Positions 28,442 through 39,636 are shown, counted from the first letter of the stretch. The stretch is 64,000 bases of DNA from a bacterium (GCA_002686365.1 NZBZ01000020.1:55484-119483); one strand, 5' to 3'. Numbers and translations: made by a program. Notes: generated by a model from the sequence alone, not told the origin.

Positions 28442-29566
28442 ATGAAGAAAATTCCATTAGTTGACCTACGGGCACAGTATCAGACCATAAAAGAGGAAAT
28501 TGATCAGGCAATCCAGGGCGCAATTCATAATTCAGCGTTTATTGGAGGTAAGTGTGTAGAGTTATTCGAGAACAAGTTCGCGGACTACATGGGCATCAAG
28601 CACTGTATTGGAGTAGGCAATGGAACCGACGCGATCTGGATAACGCTAAAGTGTCTAGGAATAAAGGAAGAAGATGAGGTGATCGTACCGGCAAACTCAT
28701 TCATGGCAACAGCTGAAGCAGTCACCATGGCAGGAGGCAGACCGATATTTATTGACTGTAACGAGTACTTCAATATTGATACGAAAAAAATAAAAGAGGC
28801 TATCACACCACGAACCAAGGCAATTGTCCCAGTGCACCTCTATGGTCAGCCCGCGAACATGGATGAGATAGGTATCATCGCAAAAAAGCACAATCTCTAT
28901 GTGGTGGAAGACGCGGCACAGGCTCATGGAGCAGAATACGCACCTTCCGAAGCCCGAGGGAGGGAGGGTAAAGGAGAGAAGGTTGGATCATCTGGTATCT
29001 GCGCGACATTTAGCTTTTATCCTGCAAAAAATCTGGGCGCATATGGTGATGGGGGAGCAATAGTAACAAATGATGATGAACTTGCAGAAAAGATAAGAAT
29101 GTTCGCAAATCATGGACGAAAGAGTAAGTATGACCATGAATTTGAGGGAACAAACAGCAGGCTTGATAGTCTCCAGGCGGCAATCCTTGATGTAAAGCTA
29201 AAGCATCTGGACAGCTGGATAGAAAAGAAGACTACAATAGCAAAAAGGTATGATGAAAAATTAAAAGACGCAGTGAGCATACCGAAAGTTCTGCCAAACG
29301 TAAAACACGCATACCATCTTTATGTTATACAGACGGATAGGAGGGATGTGCTAAAAGAAAAGCTGGAGAAAGCCGGAGTAGAAACAGGAATCCACTACCC
29401 AACACCTCTTCCGTTTTTAGGGGCGTATAAGAAGTTGAATCATAAGAAAGAAGACTTCCCAGAAGCTTGGAAAATGAAGGATAAGATTTTAAGCATCCCG
29501 ATATATCCGGAACTAACAGAAAAGCAGATTGCGCATATAATAGAGAATATGTTGACAGCGTTCTAA
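28442..29566 (+). CDS. DegT/DnrJ/EryC1/StrS-family PLP-dependent sugar aminotransferase
   Basis: The N-terminal region LVDLRAQYQ...[27 protein letters not shown]... is diagnostic. It contains a roughly 25-aa G/E-rich insertion. Confidence 0.9.
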   Translation: MKKIPLVDLRAQYQTIKEEIDQAIQGAIHNSAFIGGKCVELFENKFADYMGIKHCIGVGNGTDAIWITLKCLGIKEEDEVIVPANSFMATAEAVTMAGGRPIFIDCNEYFNIDTKKIKEAITPRTKAIVPVHLYGQPANMDEIGIIAKKHNLYVVEDAAQAHGAEYAPSEARGREGKGEKVGSSGICATFSFYPAKNLGAYGDGGAIVTNDDELAEKIRMFANHGRKSKYDHEFEGTNSRLDSLQAAILDVKLKHLDSWIEKKTTIAKRYDEKLKDAVSIPKVLPNVKHAYHLYVIQTDRRDVLKEKLEKAGVETGIHYPTPLPFLGAYKKLNHKKEDFPEAWKMKDKILSIPIYPELTEKQIAHIIENMLTAF

Positions 29567-29587
29567 GAAGGGCAGTAAACTGAGCAA

Positions 29588-30436
29588 ATGAAAAAAATTC
29601 ACTATAAACTAAAAAGATTGCATTTATTTGTAAAAGAGCTACGGGAAATGAAGCCCGTTACAGATAAAAAAACCTTTTGGAAATTTATCTGGGCAATTAT
29701 TGTAACAACTCCACAAAACATACAACGGGGAAATGTTAACGCAGCGTTCGATAAAATGATTGGTGAAAAGTGTGTATTTAAGGTTTGCGGCAAAAGTGTC
29801 ATCCTAGACGGAAAATGGCTGGGCTATGCTATGGGATCATATATCAGACCAGATTATTTTTTGCCTCCCCATTTTGTATTAAAGCCGGGAATGACCGTCG
29901 TTGATCTTGGAGCAACAGCAGGAGATTTTGCAATACTGGCAGCGCTTGTATGTGATCGGGTAATCGCAGTCGAAGCCAAGGCAGACTCCGTAGAAGAGAT
30001 GAAAAAGAATGCAGAACTAAATCAATGTTCCGATAAAATTATCGCAATCCATGGTATCGTTGGTCCGAAATCAGGATTTTCTACTGATACTGAAAAAGGA
30101 GGAGAAGGAGAAATATTCAGAAAACATCTTGAAAACAATCCACCTATGCCGCCGCATATTTCTCTAAACGATTTACTTTCTCGATACAACATAGATAAGG
30201 TAGACTTTCTAAAAATGGATATAGAAGGGTCAGAATTTGATCTGTTTTCTCGAGATACAGAATGGCTACCAAAGGTTGATAAAATAGCCGCAGAGGTGCA
30301 CAGTAAATTCGGAGACCTAAATCTATTAGCTGAGCAGTTAAGAAAACACGGATTCGAAGTTTCACTCGTAGTTGATAAGGGGAAAACAACAGTATATGGC
30401 ATAGGCAAGGAGTTGCTATATGCAAGAAGAGTATAA
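29588..30436 (+). CDS. FkbM-family methyltransferase
   Basis: VVDLGATAGDF...AVEA... and FLKMDIEGSEFDLF are FkbM-domain motifs. Confidence 0.75.
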   Translation: MKKIHYKLKRLHLFVKELREMKPVTDKKTFWKFIWAIIVTTPQNIQRGNVNAAFDKMIGEKCVFKVCGKSVILDGKWLGYAMGSYIRPDYFLPPHFVLKPGMTVVDLGATAGDFAILAALVCDRVIAVEAKADSVEEMKKNAELNQCSDKIIAIHGIVGPKSGFSTDTEKGGEGEIFRKHLENNPPMPPHISLNDLLSRYNIDKVDFLKMDIEGSEFDLFSRDTEWLPKVDKIAAEVHSKFGDLNLLAEQLRKHGFEVSLVVDKGKTTVYGIGKELLYARRV

Positions 30437-30438
30437 TC

Positions 30439-31740
30439 ATGGAACTCATTGAACTTCTAACCCAAGGGAAGTATAAAGAATGCCTTTGGGCAAGAGAGAC
30501 GACGAAGGAACAAATAAAAAAGAAGCTCCACTCATGTGGAGCCGTACTTATTCACGGAACAAAAGGAGAACTTACAAAGATTAAAAAAAAGCTAAAGACA
30601 GAAGAAGAAGTTCGTGAGTTCGCGCTGATTGCCGGAACAGAAGAAGCAGTCCGTATTGCAATTCCACTCGGGGCAAAAAGCGTTCAAAAAAGGGGACTTC
30701 AAGAACTAAAGCATTTCAGGGGAAGAGAAAGAAAAAAACGCATCCTCATAAACCTTGCTCTCTTAGGAAGCCTATTAGGGATAGACATTTGGGCGTTTAA
30801 AAAAAGATTTCTTATCATCACAATTCCTGAAATGAGCATTTGGAATGCTACAGCAGGAAAGAAAAATGTAACATCGGCATTTTATAGAACATCGCGAAAA
30901 TTCGTACTTCCGCTTATTGGAGAAGACGGAAACATTCTAGGGTACGCAAAGGCATATCTTCCGGAAAATAGAGAAAGTGGAGAAAACGAAGCAAAAATAC
31001 TCAATCTGATCCGAGAAAAAGATCTCGAAGAATTTTCAGTCCCCAAAGTGCTTCGAGAAACTTCGTGGGGGAGATATATAATTATTACTCTTGGAACAAT
31101 AAACAACATACAGATAAGCAGGACGAGAGAGGAATATCACCTTCACTGGCTGGAAGTACTTATAGAAAAAACAGGGAGAGAGCTTATATTCGAAGAGTCT
31201 CCATACAGCAAAAGGCTGGATCGTGATATACAGGCCATACAGAGCAAGAGAAAAGAAATCAAAAATCTTATATATTTTAAGGAGCGTGCTGTAGAAAAAT
31301 TAAAAGACAAAAGAATGATTTTTAGTCTCAGCATGCGTGAGTTTCCATATTTCCAGATACTCCAAAAGAAAGAAAAAAAATTAGTAATCGACTGGGAACT
31401 AGCGCATTTTGATGCGCCCATTATATTTGATCTCTATAGTCTATTTTTGAGTTCTCCGCCGCACACAAAAGGAGAATATAAGGAGCTCTACAAAAAAAAT
31501 CTACTGAGCATTTTCTTCTCTCCCCAAAAAGCCAACAGAGAGGACATGGATCGCATTGTCAAAAAAATGCACATTGATTTCGAAGATGCATACTGGTTGT
31601 TTTGGTTATTTTTAGTAGACCAATTATTTACTCACCTTTTAACAGGAGCGAAAGAGTCAGAAGATAGGATACTTGAGTTTTTGAGCTTTGCGAGAAAGAA
31701 TGAGAAAGAGCTTCAAAGAACATGGACAGGAAACAAATAA
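30439..31740 (+). CDS. hypothetical protein, possible phosphotransferase (APH/choline-kinase-like) fold
   Basis: LVIDWELAHFDAPIIFDLYSLF resembles the ViDwE catalytic-loop region of APH-type kinases; otherwise unrecognised. Confidence 0.35.
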   Translation: MELIELLTQGKYKECLWARETTKEQIKKKLHSCGAVLIHGTKGELTKIKKKLKTEEEVREFALIAGTEEAVRIAIPLGAKSVQKRGLQELKHFRGRERKKRILINLALLGSLLGIDIWAFKKRFLIITIPEMSIWNATAGKKNVTSAFYRTSRKFVLPLIGEDGNILGYAKAYLPENRESGENEAKILNLIREKDLEEFSVPKVLRETSWGRYIIITLGTINNIQISRTREEYHLHWLEVLIEKTGRELIFEESPYSKRLDRDIQAIQSKRKEIKNLIYFKERAVEKLKDKRMIFSLSMREFPYFQILQKKEKKLVIDWELAHFDAPIIFDLYSLFLSSPPHTKGEYKELYKKNLLSIFFSPQKANREDMDRIVKKMHIDFEDAYWLFWLFLVDQLFTHLLTGAKESEDRILEFLSFARKNEKELQRTWTGNK

Positions 31741-31747
31741 TTGTATT

Positions 31748-32503
31748 ATGAAAAAACTGCAATACATAATATTTCGTATAGTAGGCTATAAAATATCGTT
31801 TCTATTTGGAGACCCCGCAGTATGGGATAGATTTCGCTGGCTGAAGAAAAATATTCAAAAAGGAGAGCGTCGAACACTAGATGCCGGATGCGGATCCGGA
31901 TCTTTCAGCTTTCACGCAGGATATGTAGGCAATGAGGTAGTTGGAGTCTCATTTCAGGAAAAAAATAATGAAACTGCAAGAGTAAGGACGCGCATATGGA
32001 ATATTAAAAATATAACGTTCAAACGGGGAGATTTGAGAGAGCTCGATACTATGAGAGATGAGCTGAAAACATTTGATCAGATAATATGTTTTGAAACAAT
32101 AGAGCATATCAGAAACGACCAGAAACTTATCAAAGACTTGGTAAGCCTTTTAAAGTCTAACGGAAGACTGCTTCTTACAGCTCCATACAAGCATTACAAG
32201 CGTCAGCCCGGAGATAATATTTCAGAAACTGAAGATGGAGGGCATATGCGATGGGGGTACACGCATGAAGAGCTCGCTCATATGCTTGAAAGCGCGGGAT
32301 TAGAAGTTGAGAAAAAAGAATATCTCACAGGCCCAGTGTCTCAGGGGCTTGTATATCTAACGCGAATACTAAGCAGAGTTAATCCAAGGATTGGATGGCT
32401 GATTGTATTTCCACTCAGGATATTTCAAATACTTGATAGAGCTGTTATGAAGATAGTAAAATTTCCGCCATTTACTGTGGCAATAATCGGAAAAAAGAAG
32501 TAA
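31748..32503 (+). CDS. class I SAM-dependent methyltransferase
   Basis: LDAGCGSGSFSF is motif I. Start moved to the ATG after the upstream stop; the track ORF begins at 31688. Confidence 0.75.
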   Translation: MKKLQYIIFRIVGYKISFLFGDPAVWDRFRWLKKNIQKGERRTLDAGCGSGSFSFHAGYVGNEVVGVSFQEKNNETARVRTRIWNIKNITFKRGDLRELDTMRDELKTFDQIICFETIEHIRNDQKLIKDLVSLLKSNGRLLLTAPYKHYKRQPGDNISETEDGGHMRWGYTHEELAHMLESAGLEVEKKEYLTGPVSQGLVYLTRILSRVNPRIGWLIVFPLRIFQILDRAVMKIVKFPPFTVAIIGKKK

Positions 32504-32507
32504 ATAT

Positions 32508-33662
32508 ATGCATATAACAATTTCCGTAGGGGGAAGATTTCACGCATTCGACCTTGCCCGCGAAATGGAGCGCCATGGCTGTTTAGAGCGTCTTATTACC
32601 TCCTATCCAAAATTCGAAACAATAAAATATGGAATTCCAAAAGAGAAGATTCAGTCCATACTCATAAAGGAAATAATTCAAAGAGGATGGAAGAAGCTGC
32701 CAGTGTTTGGGAGGGGATACAATCCATATCTGGTTGCAAATCTTTATGACAAGCTTGCATCACGTAAACTTTCAAAGAGCGATATTGTAGTCGCGTGGTC
32801 CTCTATGGCTCTCAATACGCTAAGAAAAGCAAAAAAGATGGGGGCAAAAGGAGTAGTAGAGCGCGGAAGCTCTCACATTGAGCATCAGCAGGACATACTT
32901 GAAGAAGAGTATAAGAAGTATGGAGCAAAAAGAAAGGAGGCAGCCCATCCTAAAATTATTGAGAAGGAATTGCAGGAGTATGAAGAGGCTGACTATATTA
33001 CAGTCCCGACTAGATTCGCAAAACAGACATTTATTGATAAGGGAATCTCTGGAGAAAAGATTTTTGTAAATCCATACGGAGTTGATACATCATTATTCAA
33101 GCAGATACCAAAAGAGGACGATGTCTTCCGGGTTATATTTGCAGGAGGAATGTCTTTGCGCAAAGGAGTGCACTATCTACTGCAGGCATTTGCAGAGCTT
33201 AATTTGCCGAACTCAGAGCTTCTTCTTATAGGAGGCATGAATGACGAGATGAAGCCCTTCTTCAAAAAGTATGAGGGTAAGTACAAGTATATTGGCCACG
33301 TGCCCCAGCATGAGCTGTACAAGCACTACTCACAGGGATCAGTATTTGGAATTCTATCTATAGAAGAGGGTCTGGCCCTTGTTCAGCCTCAGGCAATGGC
33401 CTGTGGACTGCCGCTAATATGCACGCCAAACACTGGCGGAGAAGAGCTTGTCGAGGATGGAAAGGAGGGATTTATAGTCCCAGTACGAGGAATAGACGCT
33501 GTAAAAGAAAAACTAACTTATCTGTATGAGAATCCTGATAAGCAAAAAGAAATGGGAGAGGCAGCAAAAAAGAAAGTTCAGCATGGATTCACATGGAATG
33601 AGTATGGAGATAGAATGGAGCGCTTCTACAAAAAAGTGTTGAAGGGAGAGAGTATAGAGTAG
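32508..33662 (+). CDS. glycosyltransferase family 4
   Basis: GGEELVEDGKEGFIV and EGLALVQPQAMACGLPLI are GT4 motifs. Confidence 0.85.
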   Translation: MHITISVGGRFHAFDLAREMERHGCLERLITSYPKFETIKYGIPKEKIQSILIKEIIQRGWKKLPVFGRGYNPYLVANLYDKLASRKLSKSDIVVAWSSMALNTLRKAKKMGAKGVVERGSSHIEHQQDILEEEYKKYGAKRKEAAHPKIIEKELQEYEEADYITVPTRFAKQTFIDKGISGEKIFVNPYGVDTSLFKQIPKEDDVFRVIFAGGMSLRKGVHYLLQAFAELNLPNSELLLIGGMNDEMKPFFKKYEGKYKYIGHVPQHELYKHYSQGSVFGILSIEEGLALVQPQAMACGLPLICTPNTGGEELVEDGKEGFIVPVRGIDAVKEKLTYLYENPDKQKEMGEAAKKKVQHGFTWNEYGDRMERFYKKVLKGESIE

Positions 33663-33671
33663 AATAAAAAT

Positions 33672-34847
33672 ATGAGGATTTTACATCTTACACCAACATA
33701 CATTCCTGCATATAGCCACGGAGGCCCTATTACGAGCGTGCATTATTTGAACAAGTGGCTGGTAAAAAAGGGAGTTGATGTAGTGGTCTATACCACAAAC
33801 ATAAATGGGAAAGAAACGCTTGATGTTCCGCTTGGAAAGGAGGTGGATATTGAAGGCGTAAAGGTTTTTTATTTTCCAAGCTCATTTCCGCGGAGCTGGG
33901 AATACTCAAGGGCTTTATATAAAAATCTCAAAGAGAACATTAAAAACTTTGACCTCATTCATATCACTTCTGTATTTTTGGCTGCGTCAAAATTGGGAAG
34001 TGAGTACGCAGTGCGGGCAAAAAAGCCATTCATCATTTCTCCAAGAGGAAGCCTTATGAAAGATCCGGTTGGCATAAAGAGCCCGATTAAAAAACAACTC
34101 TACCTTTCTCTTGTAGAAAAAAAGAATTTAAAAAACGCAGATGCGATTCACTTTACAGCGAGTCAGGAAGAAGAGGAGTACAAGGAGCAAAATCTTCCGC
34201 TTAAAAAATCAGTCATTATTCCAAATGGGATGGATTTAGAAAATAAAGAAAGGAATCTGCGCCCAAATATGTTTCAAGAAAAGTACAATATCCCAGATGA
34301 TAAAAAAATTATTCTTTTCCTAAGCCGCATTGATTGGAAAAAAGGATTAGATACCTTGATACCGGCATTTAGAGAAGTAACAAAGAAAAGAAATGACGTA
34401 GTGCTTGTTATTGCGGGAAATGATGATGGATATCAGAAAAAGGCTGAGCGCCTGATAAAAAAACATAAGATAAAAGAGCAGGTAATATTTACAGGATTTA
34501 TCAAGGGGGATGAAAAGTACGCAGCGCTAAGAGAGAGTAGTATTTTTGTTCTCCCGTCTTACTCGGAAAACTTCGCCATGTCAGCAGTAGAGGCAATGGC
34601 AGAAGAGCTTCCTGTGATAATTACAAAGGGAGTAGGAATTTGGAATGAGGTAAAGAATGCAGCAGCAGGAAAAGTCATTGAAAAAGACAAGAAAAAACTT
34701 ATAGAAGCAATTACACAGATGCTGGACAATGAGGAAGAGGCAAAAAGCATGGGAAGACGCGGAAAAGACCTTGTAGAAAGCACATTCAATATGGAGGCAA
34801 TCGCAGATAGATGGATAGAGGCGTATAAAGGCCTAATTTGCCCATAA
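33672..34847 (+). CDS. glycosyltransferase family 4
   Basis: ENFAMSAVEAMAEELPVII is a GT4 motif; 391 aa. Confidence 0.85.
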   Translation: MRILHLTPTYIPAYSHGGPITSVHYLNKWLVKKGVDVVVYTTNINGKETLDVPLGKEVDIEGVKVFYFPSSFPRSWEYSRALYKNLKENIKNFDLIHITSVFLAASKLGSEYAVRAKKPFIISPRGSLMKDPVGIKSPIKKQLYLSLVEKKNLKNADAIHFTASQEEEEYKEQNLPLKKSVIIPNGMDLENKERNLRPNMFQEKYNIPDDKKIILFLSRIDWKKGLDTLIPAFREVTKKRNDVVLVIAGNDDGYQKKAERLIKKHKIKEQVIFTGFIKGDEKYAALRESSIFVLPSYSENFAMSAVEAMAEELPVIITKGVGIWNEVKNAAAGKVIEKDKKKLIEAITQMLDNEEEAKSMGRRGKDLVESTFNMEAIADRWIEAYKGLICP

Positions 34848-34864
34848 GGGGAATATGAGTTACT

Positions 34865-35692
34865 ATGCCAGAGATGAAAAACGAGGAAACGTCAAATACA
34901 GTGTTAACAGTACTCGTTCTCACATATAACGAAGAAAAGAACCTTGGGACCTGCCTTAAAAGTGTGCAGGATGTTGCTGATGAAATCATTATTGTTGACT
35001 CATTCTCAACTGATACAACTGCTGATGTTGCAAAGATGTATCACGCGAAAGTTGTAACCCATGAGTTCGAGAATCAGGCTGATCAGACAAACTGGGCGCT
35101 TGGAAACGTAGAGATGAAAGGAGATTGGATTCTTAGAATAGATGCAGACGAGTATTTAACAAAAGGGCTGGCAGAAGAAATCAAAAAGACTCTCCCAATA
35201 ACAAAAGAAGAAATTACAGGGTATGAGATGAATAGGCGAGTGCATTTCTTGGGCAAGTGGGTTCGTCACGGCGGCTATTATCCTATTGCGCATCTCCGCC
35301 TATGGAGAAGAGGAAAGGTGCATTATGAGGAGCGTGAGGTAGATGAACATGCAAATCTTCTGGAGGGCAGAGCAGGTAAGTTAAGGAATGACTTTGTAGA
35401 TGACAATAAAAATGGAATTGGGGCGTGGATTGAAAAGCACAATGCCTATGCTGAAAGGGAGGCAAGGGAGGCAGTAAAAGAAAAAACAATAAATAAAAAA
35501 CAGAGCTTTTATTACAAGCTTCCTATGTTTTGGAGAGCGCGTTTCTACTACTGGTATAGAATGATTTTTCGCCTAGGCATCCTTGATAAAAAAGAGGGAC
35601 GCTTATTCCACTACTTACAGGCATACTGGTATAGGATGCTTATAGACGCAAAGCTGTACGAAATGAAAAAACAAAGCAAACACGATTCATAA
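34865..35692 (+). CDS. glycosyltransferase family 2
   Basis: VLVLTYNEEKNLGTCLKSVQDVADEIIIVDSFSTDTT is a GT2 motif. Confidence 0.8.
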   Translation: MPEMKNEETSNTVLTVLVLTYNEEKNLGTCLKSVQDVADEIIIVDSFSTDTTADVAKMYHAKVVTHEFENQADQTNWALGNVEMKGDWILRIDADEYLTKGLAEEIKKTLPITKEEITGYEMNRRVHFLGKWVRHGGYYPIAHLRLWRRGKVHYEEREVDEHANLLEGRAGKLRNDFVDDNKNGIGAWIEKHNAYAEREAREAVKEKTINKKQSFYYKLPMFWRARFYYWYRMIFRLGILDKKEGRLFHYLQAYWYRMLIDAKLYEMKKQSKHDS

Positions 35693-35693
35693 T

Positions 35694-36899
35694 ATGAATA
35701 TCTTAGTAGTCACAGACGCATATCCGCCGGAACTTCGCTCTTCAGCAGAGCTTATGAGAGATCTCGCAGTAGAGCTGCGTAAAGACGGGCACAAGGTATG
35801 GGTCATAACATCAGCTCCAAAAGACGCTGTTGCAGGAGGTATTGCCTTGCAAGCGGGAATAAGTGAGGAGGACGGCGTGATTGTGATTCGCGCAGATATT
35901 CCTCAGCATCACAACGTAGGATTTATTAAAAAAGGAATCTCATGGCTTCGCATGCCCCATCACTTTTGGAAAGAGGTAAAAAAAACATGCAGACACATTG
36001 ACGCTGTAATTGTTCACTCTCCTCCCTTGCCCCTTGCAAAAGTTGCGAAATACGCAAAAAAGAAATATGGAGCAAAATATATTCTGAATGTTCAGGACAT
36101 CTTTCCGCAAAATGCCATTGATTTGGGCGTTCTAAAAAACCCGCTTCTCGTCCGATTCTTTGAGAGGATGGAACAGCGCGCCTACAAAGAGTGTGATGTT
36201 ATTGTCACACCCTCATACGAGCATAAAGAATATTTGGCAAAGGAACGGAATGTCAGAGAAGACAAAGTCCATGTCATTCATCACTGGGTGGATCCAAAGC
36301 CGTTCGCAAAAGCAAAAAATACAGGGAAGTTTCGAAAGCAATTCGGATTGGAAGATAAGTTCATATTCTTTTTTGGGGGCGTTGTAGGTCCTTCGCAGGG
36401 TCTGGACATCTTAATCCATATGGGCAAGCGTCTTAAAAAAGATTATCCAAATATAGTCTTTCTTGTGTGCGGGGATGGTTCAGAAAAAGAACGTCTTGAA
36501 AATATAGTAAATCGAAGCAGGATAGAAAATGTGCGTTTTGAAAAATGGGTGTCAAAAGAAGAATATAGAGAGTTAATAAAAGAAGTTGATGTTGGCGTTA
36601 TCTCACTCGTAGGAAAAAATACCACGCCTGCAGTGCCTGCAAAGCTTATGGGCTATATGGCAGCAGGTATTCCAGCAATAGGATTTCTTCATGAAAAAAG
36701 TGAGGCGCGAAAGATTATAGAAGAGGCAAGATGCGGTCTTGGAACGTTATATGATGATGAAGATGCCTGCTTGGATGCTGTTGTCTCTATGTATAAAAGC
36801 AAGAAAAAACTTCACGAATACGGAGAAAATGCATTAGGATATGTGGAGGAAAATCTCACGCCGGAAAAATCAATAGCTAAGTGGGAGCAGGTACTGTAA
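35694..36899 (+). CDS. glycosyltransferase family 4
   Basis: GT4 architecture with a C-terminal ...PAKLMGYMAAGIPAIG motif. Confidence 0.8.
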   Translation: MNILVVTDAYPPELRSSAELMRDLAVELRKDGHKVWVITSAPKDAVAGGIALQAGISEEDGVIVIRADIPQHHNVGFIKKGISWLRMPHHFWKEVKKTCRHIDAVIVHSPPLPLAKVAKYAKKKYGAKYILNVQDIFPQNAIDLGVLKNPLLVRFFERMEQRAYKECDVIVTPSYEHKEYLAKERNVREDKVHVIHHWVDPKPFAKAKNTGKFRKQFGLEDKFIFFFGGVVGPSQGLDILIHMGKRLKKDYPNIVFLVCGDGSEKERLENIVNRSRIENVRFEKWVSKEEYRELIKEVDVGVISLVGKNTTPAVPAKLMGYMAAGIPAIGFLHEKSEARKIIEEARCGLGTLYDDEDACLDAVVSMYKSKKKLHEYGENALGYVEENLTPEKSIAKWEQVL

Positions 36900-36904
36900 A
36901 AAAT

Positions 36905-37070
36905 ATCAACATCTCGACATCTCGATATCTCAACATCTCGAAATAATAGAAGGAGTCTCGACATCTCGATATCTCAAAATCTCGAAATAATAGAAGGAGT
37001 CTCGATATCTCAATATCTCAAAATCTCGAAATAATAAAAGAAATCTCAACATCTCGATATATCGAAATAA
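36905..37070. repeat. ATCTCGAT-type short tandem repeat array (locus 1), higher-order roughly 50-nt units x3
   Basis: atctcgacatctcgatatctcaacatctcgaaataatagaaggagtctcg recurs three times with variation. Confidence 0.85.
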
Positions 37071-37080
37071 TTAACATTTT

Positions 37081-38199
37081 ATGAAACACATAACATTGGT
37101 ATTTGGAACAAGACCAGAAGCAATAAAACTCGCTCCAGTAATCGAGCGTCTTCGAGCTACTCCTGAAATAAAAACAACTGTCTGCGTATTCCGCCAGCAG
37201 GGAAGCATGCTCAGTCAGACTCTAAAGGCATTAAATATTAAGCCGGACCTTGATTTGAAAATTGAAATAAGCGATCGCACAGTACTCGGAGAACATATTG
37301 GGCTTCTCAAAAAAGGAATCGCAGGAGTCGGATCTGGTTTTGGACTTTTAAAATATCTAAAATTTCTAAAAAAAGAAAAACCAGACCTATTAATAGTTCA
37401 GGGCGACACGTCAACAGCCTATCTTTCTGCGTGGCTTGCATTCCACTTTAAAATAAAAATTGCCCATGTTGAGGCAGGACTACGAACATATGACAAGTAT
37501 GCTCCATTTCCAGAGGAGATGAATCGGCAGCTCTTGGGACGCCTTGCAGATATCCATTTTGCCCCAACTGAAAAAGCAAAAGAAAATCTTCTAAAAGAAG
37601 GAGTTCCAGAAAAAGATGTGCATGTAGTAGGGAACACTGCAATTGACGCGCTTCTTAAAGCTGCTGAAAACATTGAAACTGCAGAATCGCAGGAAAAGAT
37701 GATTCTTGTAACAGCTCACCGCAGGGAAAGTTTTGGTCAGGGGCTAAAAGATATTTGTAAAGCTCTAAAGGAAATTGCAGAAGGCCACAAAGACATCAAA
37801 ATTATCTACCCAGTGCATGCAAACCCCAATGTTTCAAAACCAGTGCAAGAGCTATTAAAAGATGTGCCAAACATAGAACTCACTGATCCAGTAGATTACA
37901 AAGAAATCGTGCGCTTAATGAAGCAGTCATATTTGATTCTCACTGACTCTGGGGGAATTCAGGAAGAAGCCCCGTCTTTAGGCAAGCCGGTTCTTGTAAT
38001 GCGTGAAGAAACAGAGAGGGAGGAGGGAGTGAAAGCTGGCGTAAGCAAACTTGTAGGAACTGATAAAGAAAAGATTATAAGAGAAACTGAAGAGCTCTTA
38101 GAAAACAAAGAGGCGTACGAGCAGATGGCCCGCACTGAAAACCCCTACGGAGACGGTAAGGCGTCAGAGAAAATCGTAGAAGTTCTCTCCAAATCTTAA
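37081..38199 (+). CDS. wecB: UDP-N-acetylglucosamine 2-epimerase (non-hydrolysing)
   Basis: MKHITLVFGTRPEAIKLAPV...HVEAGLRTYDKYAPFPEEMNRQL; collinear with WecB/MnaA. Confidence 0.92.
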   Translation: MKHITLVFGTRPEAIKLAPVIERLRATPEIKTTVCVFRQQGSMLSQTLKALNIKPDLDLKIEISDRTVLGEHIGLLKKGIAGVGSGFGLLKYLKFLKKEKPDLLIVQGDTSTAYLSAWLAFHFKIKIAHVEAGLRTYDKYAPFPEEMNRQLLGRLADIHFAPTEKAKENLLKEGVPEKDVHVVGNTAIDALLKAAENIETAESQEKMILVTAHRRESFGQGLKDICKALKEIAEGHKDIKIIYPVHANPNVSKPVQELLKDVPNIELTDPVDYKEIVRLMKQSYLILTDSGGIQEEAPSLGKPVLVMREETEREEGVKAGVSKLVGTDKEKIIRETEELLENKEAYEQMARTENPYGDGKASEKIVEVLSKS

Positions 38200-38320
38200 C
38201 ATCTCGATATATTGATATCTCGATATCTCGATATTTCTACATCTCAATATAGGTAAGAAATTCCAATATCTCGATATCTCGAAATAGAAAAAGTAAGCTC
38301 GATATATCGATATCTCGAAA
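38200..38320. repeat. ATCTCGAT-type short tandem repeat array (locus 2)
   Basis: catctcgatatattgatatctcgatatctcgatatttc...atctcgatatctcgaaat... Confidence 0.85.
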
Positions 38321-38324
38321 TACA

Positions 38325-38358
38325 CAAAACCGCCACACTACAGAGAATGGCGGTTTTG
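38325..38358. terminator. bidirectional rho-independent terminator
   Basis: AAAACCGCCA-cactacagagaa-TGGCGGTTTT. Confidence 0.7.
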
Positions 38359-38368
38359 TGTATGTTGA

Positions 38369-39499
38369 TTACTTAAAGTAACGCGCAAACTCCTCCTTAG
38401 CCTGCTTGTATCTATTGCCCCAGCCCTTCATTTTTTGCAGCTTCTCCTCAAGGTCAAGCATGATTTTTGCTGAAACAAGAATAGATTCTATAGAATCACC
38501 ATCTCCATTTTCTGCAATTGTCTTTCCAATGGTCTGGTACATAGTCTTATAGCTATTTGTCTTAAATATCCGTTTCTTCCGGATAATTTTGTTATTATCC
38601 TCTGACTGATACTTAATAGCATCTGTTATGCGTATATTTTTATTAGGAACCTTAAGCTCTACAAAGTCTCTTGGTCCAACCCGTGAAGTGCCTTTTTCGC
38701 TAAACGTAGTGGTAAAGCATGCGCCATTCTCAAGCTCTATCCAGACTTCCACTGAACCATCCTGCATGAGTTTAATATCAGAATCCTTAGGCTTTGAAAA
38801 ATCATTGAGATGAAGGAAGTGATCAATCTGATGGCATCCATTTGCAAAAAATGTGCTTCTGGAAATAGGCCAGTTGTACCAGAAGAACTTAGGCTGAACA
38901 AGTTCGTACACAATAGAGTGGTATGAGATTGGATCTCCTTTCTTTATATCCAAATCCTCAAGCGCCATCTTGTTAAATACTCCATAGCGCTTGTGGAATC
39001 CAATAAATAGTTTTCTTCCAACTTTTCGTAATGCCTTTTCTAACTCATCTAAATCTTCGTAATCCATCACAACTGGTTTCTCAACAACAACATATGCTCC
39101 CTGACGCAAAGCATGCAGAGTTGTAGGCACATGAGTATTGTTATAGCTTGCCACAAAATATACATCTGCCTCTTCATTTTCTTTAGGGAAGGGAGATGTA
39201 TCCCATTTTTGAACTTTCCGTGCTCCGGAAATTTGTGTTGGGTCTGCCTCATGAACAGTCTGGATATTCACAAAGGGCTTCATGTAGGGAACAATGTTTA
39301 TTTTCGCGTAATTTCCAAAACCAAATAGAATTCCGCGCTTCTTAGAGCCTTTGCTTTGAATCTCACCCTTAGTTTCAGCAACTGCGCTTGGATTTTTTGC
39401 ATCAATCTGATCTGCCCAATCATTTTCCTTAATCTCTTTTTTCAAATTATCCTCAAGCTCCTTTTGAGTTTCTTGAGAAATCTTCATTCCTGAATACAT
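38369..39499 (-). CDS. Gfo/Idh/MocA family oxidoreductase (C-terminal 376 aa of the 580-aa track ORF)
   Basis: ILFGFGNYAK Rossmann start and VVVEKP motif. The track ORF continues upstream only because the ATCTCGAT repeat has no stop codons in any frame on this strand; start placed at the first ATG after the repeat. Confidence 0.65.
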   Translation of the reverse strand: MYSGMKISQETQKELEDNLKKEIKENDWADQIDAKNPSAVAETKGEIQSKGSKKRGILFGFGNYAKINIVPYMKPFVNIQTVHEADPTQISGARKVQKWDTSPFPKENEEADVYFVASYNNTHVPTTLHALRQGAYVVVEKPVVMDYEDLDELEKALRKVGRKLFIGFHKRYGVFNKMALEDLDIKKGDPISYHSIVYELVQPKFFWYNWPISRSTFFANGCHQIDHFLHLNDFSKPKDSDIKLMQDGSVEVWIELENGACFTTTFSEKGTSRVGPRDFVELKVPNKNIRITDAIKYQSEDNNKIIRKKRIFKTNSYKTMYQTIGKTIAENGDGDSIESILVSAKIMLDLEEKLQKMKGWGNRYKQAKEEFARYFK

Positions 39500-39530
39500 A
39501 CTCCATCCTTTTATCTTCTCCCACCACATA

Positions 39531-39636
39531 TCAACATCTCGATCTTTCGACATCTCAGAATCTCGATATCTCGATATCACAGCATCTTTATGTCCAGAAA
39601 TATTAGTATCTCGATATCTCGATATCTCGATATTTG
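39531..39636. repeat. ATCTCGAT-type short tandem repeat array (locus 3), lying inside the 580-aa minus-strand track ORF
   Basis: ...atctcgatatctcgatatcac...gtatctcgatatctcgatatctcgatattt. Confidence 0.85.
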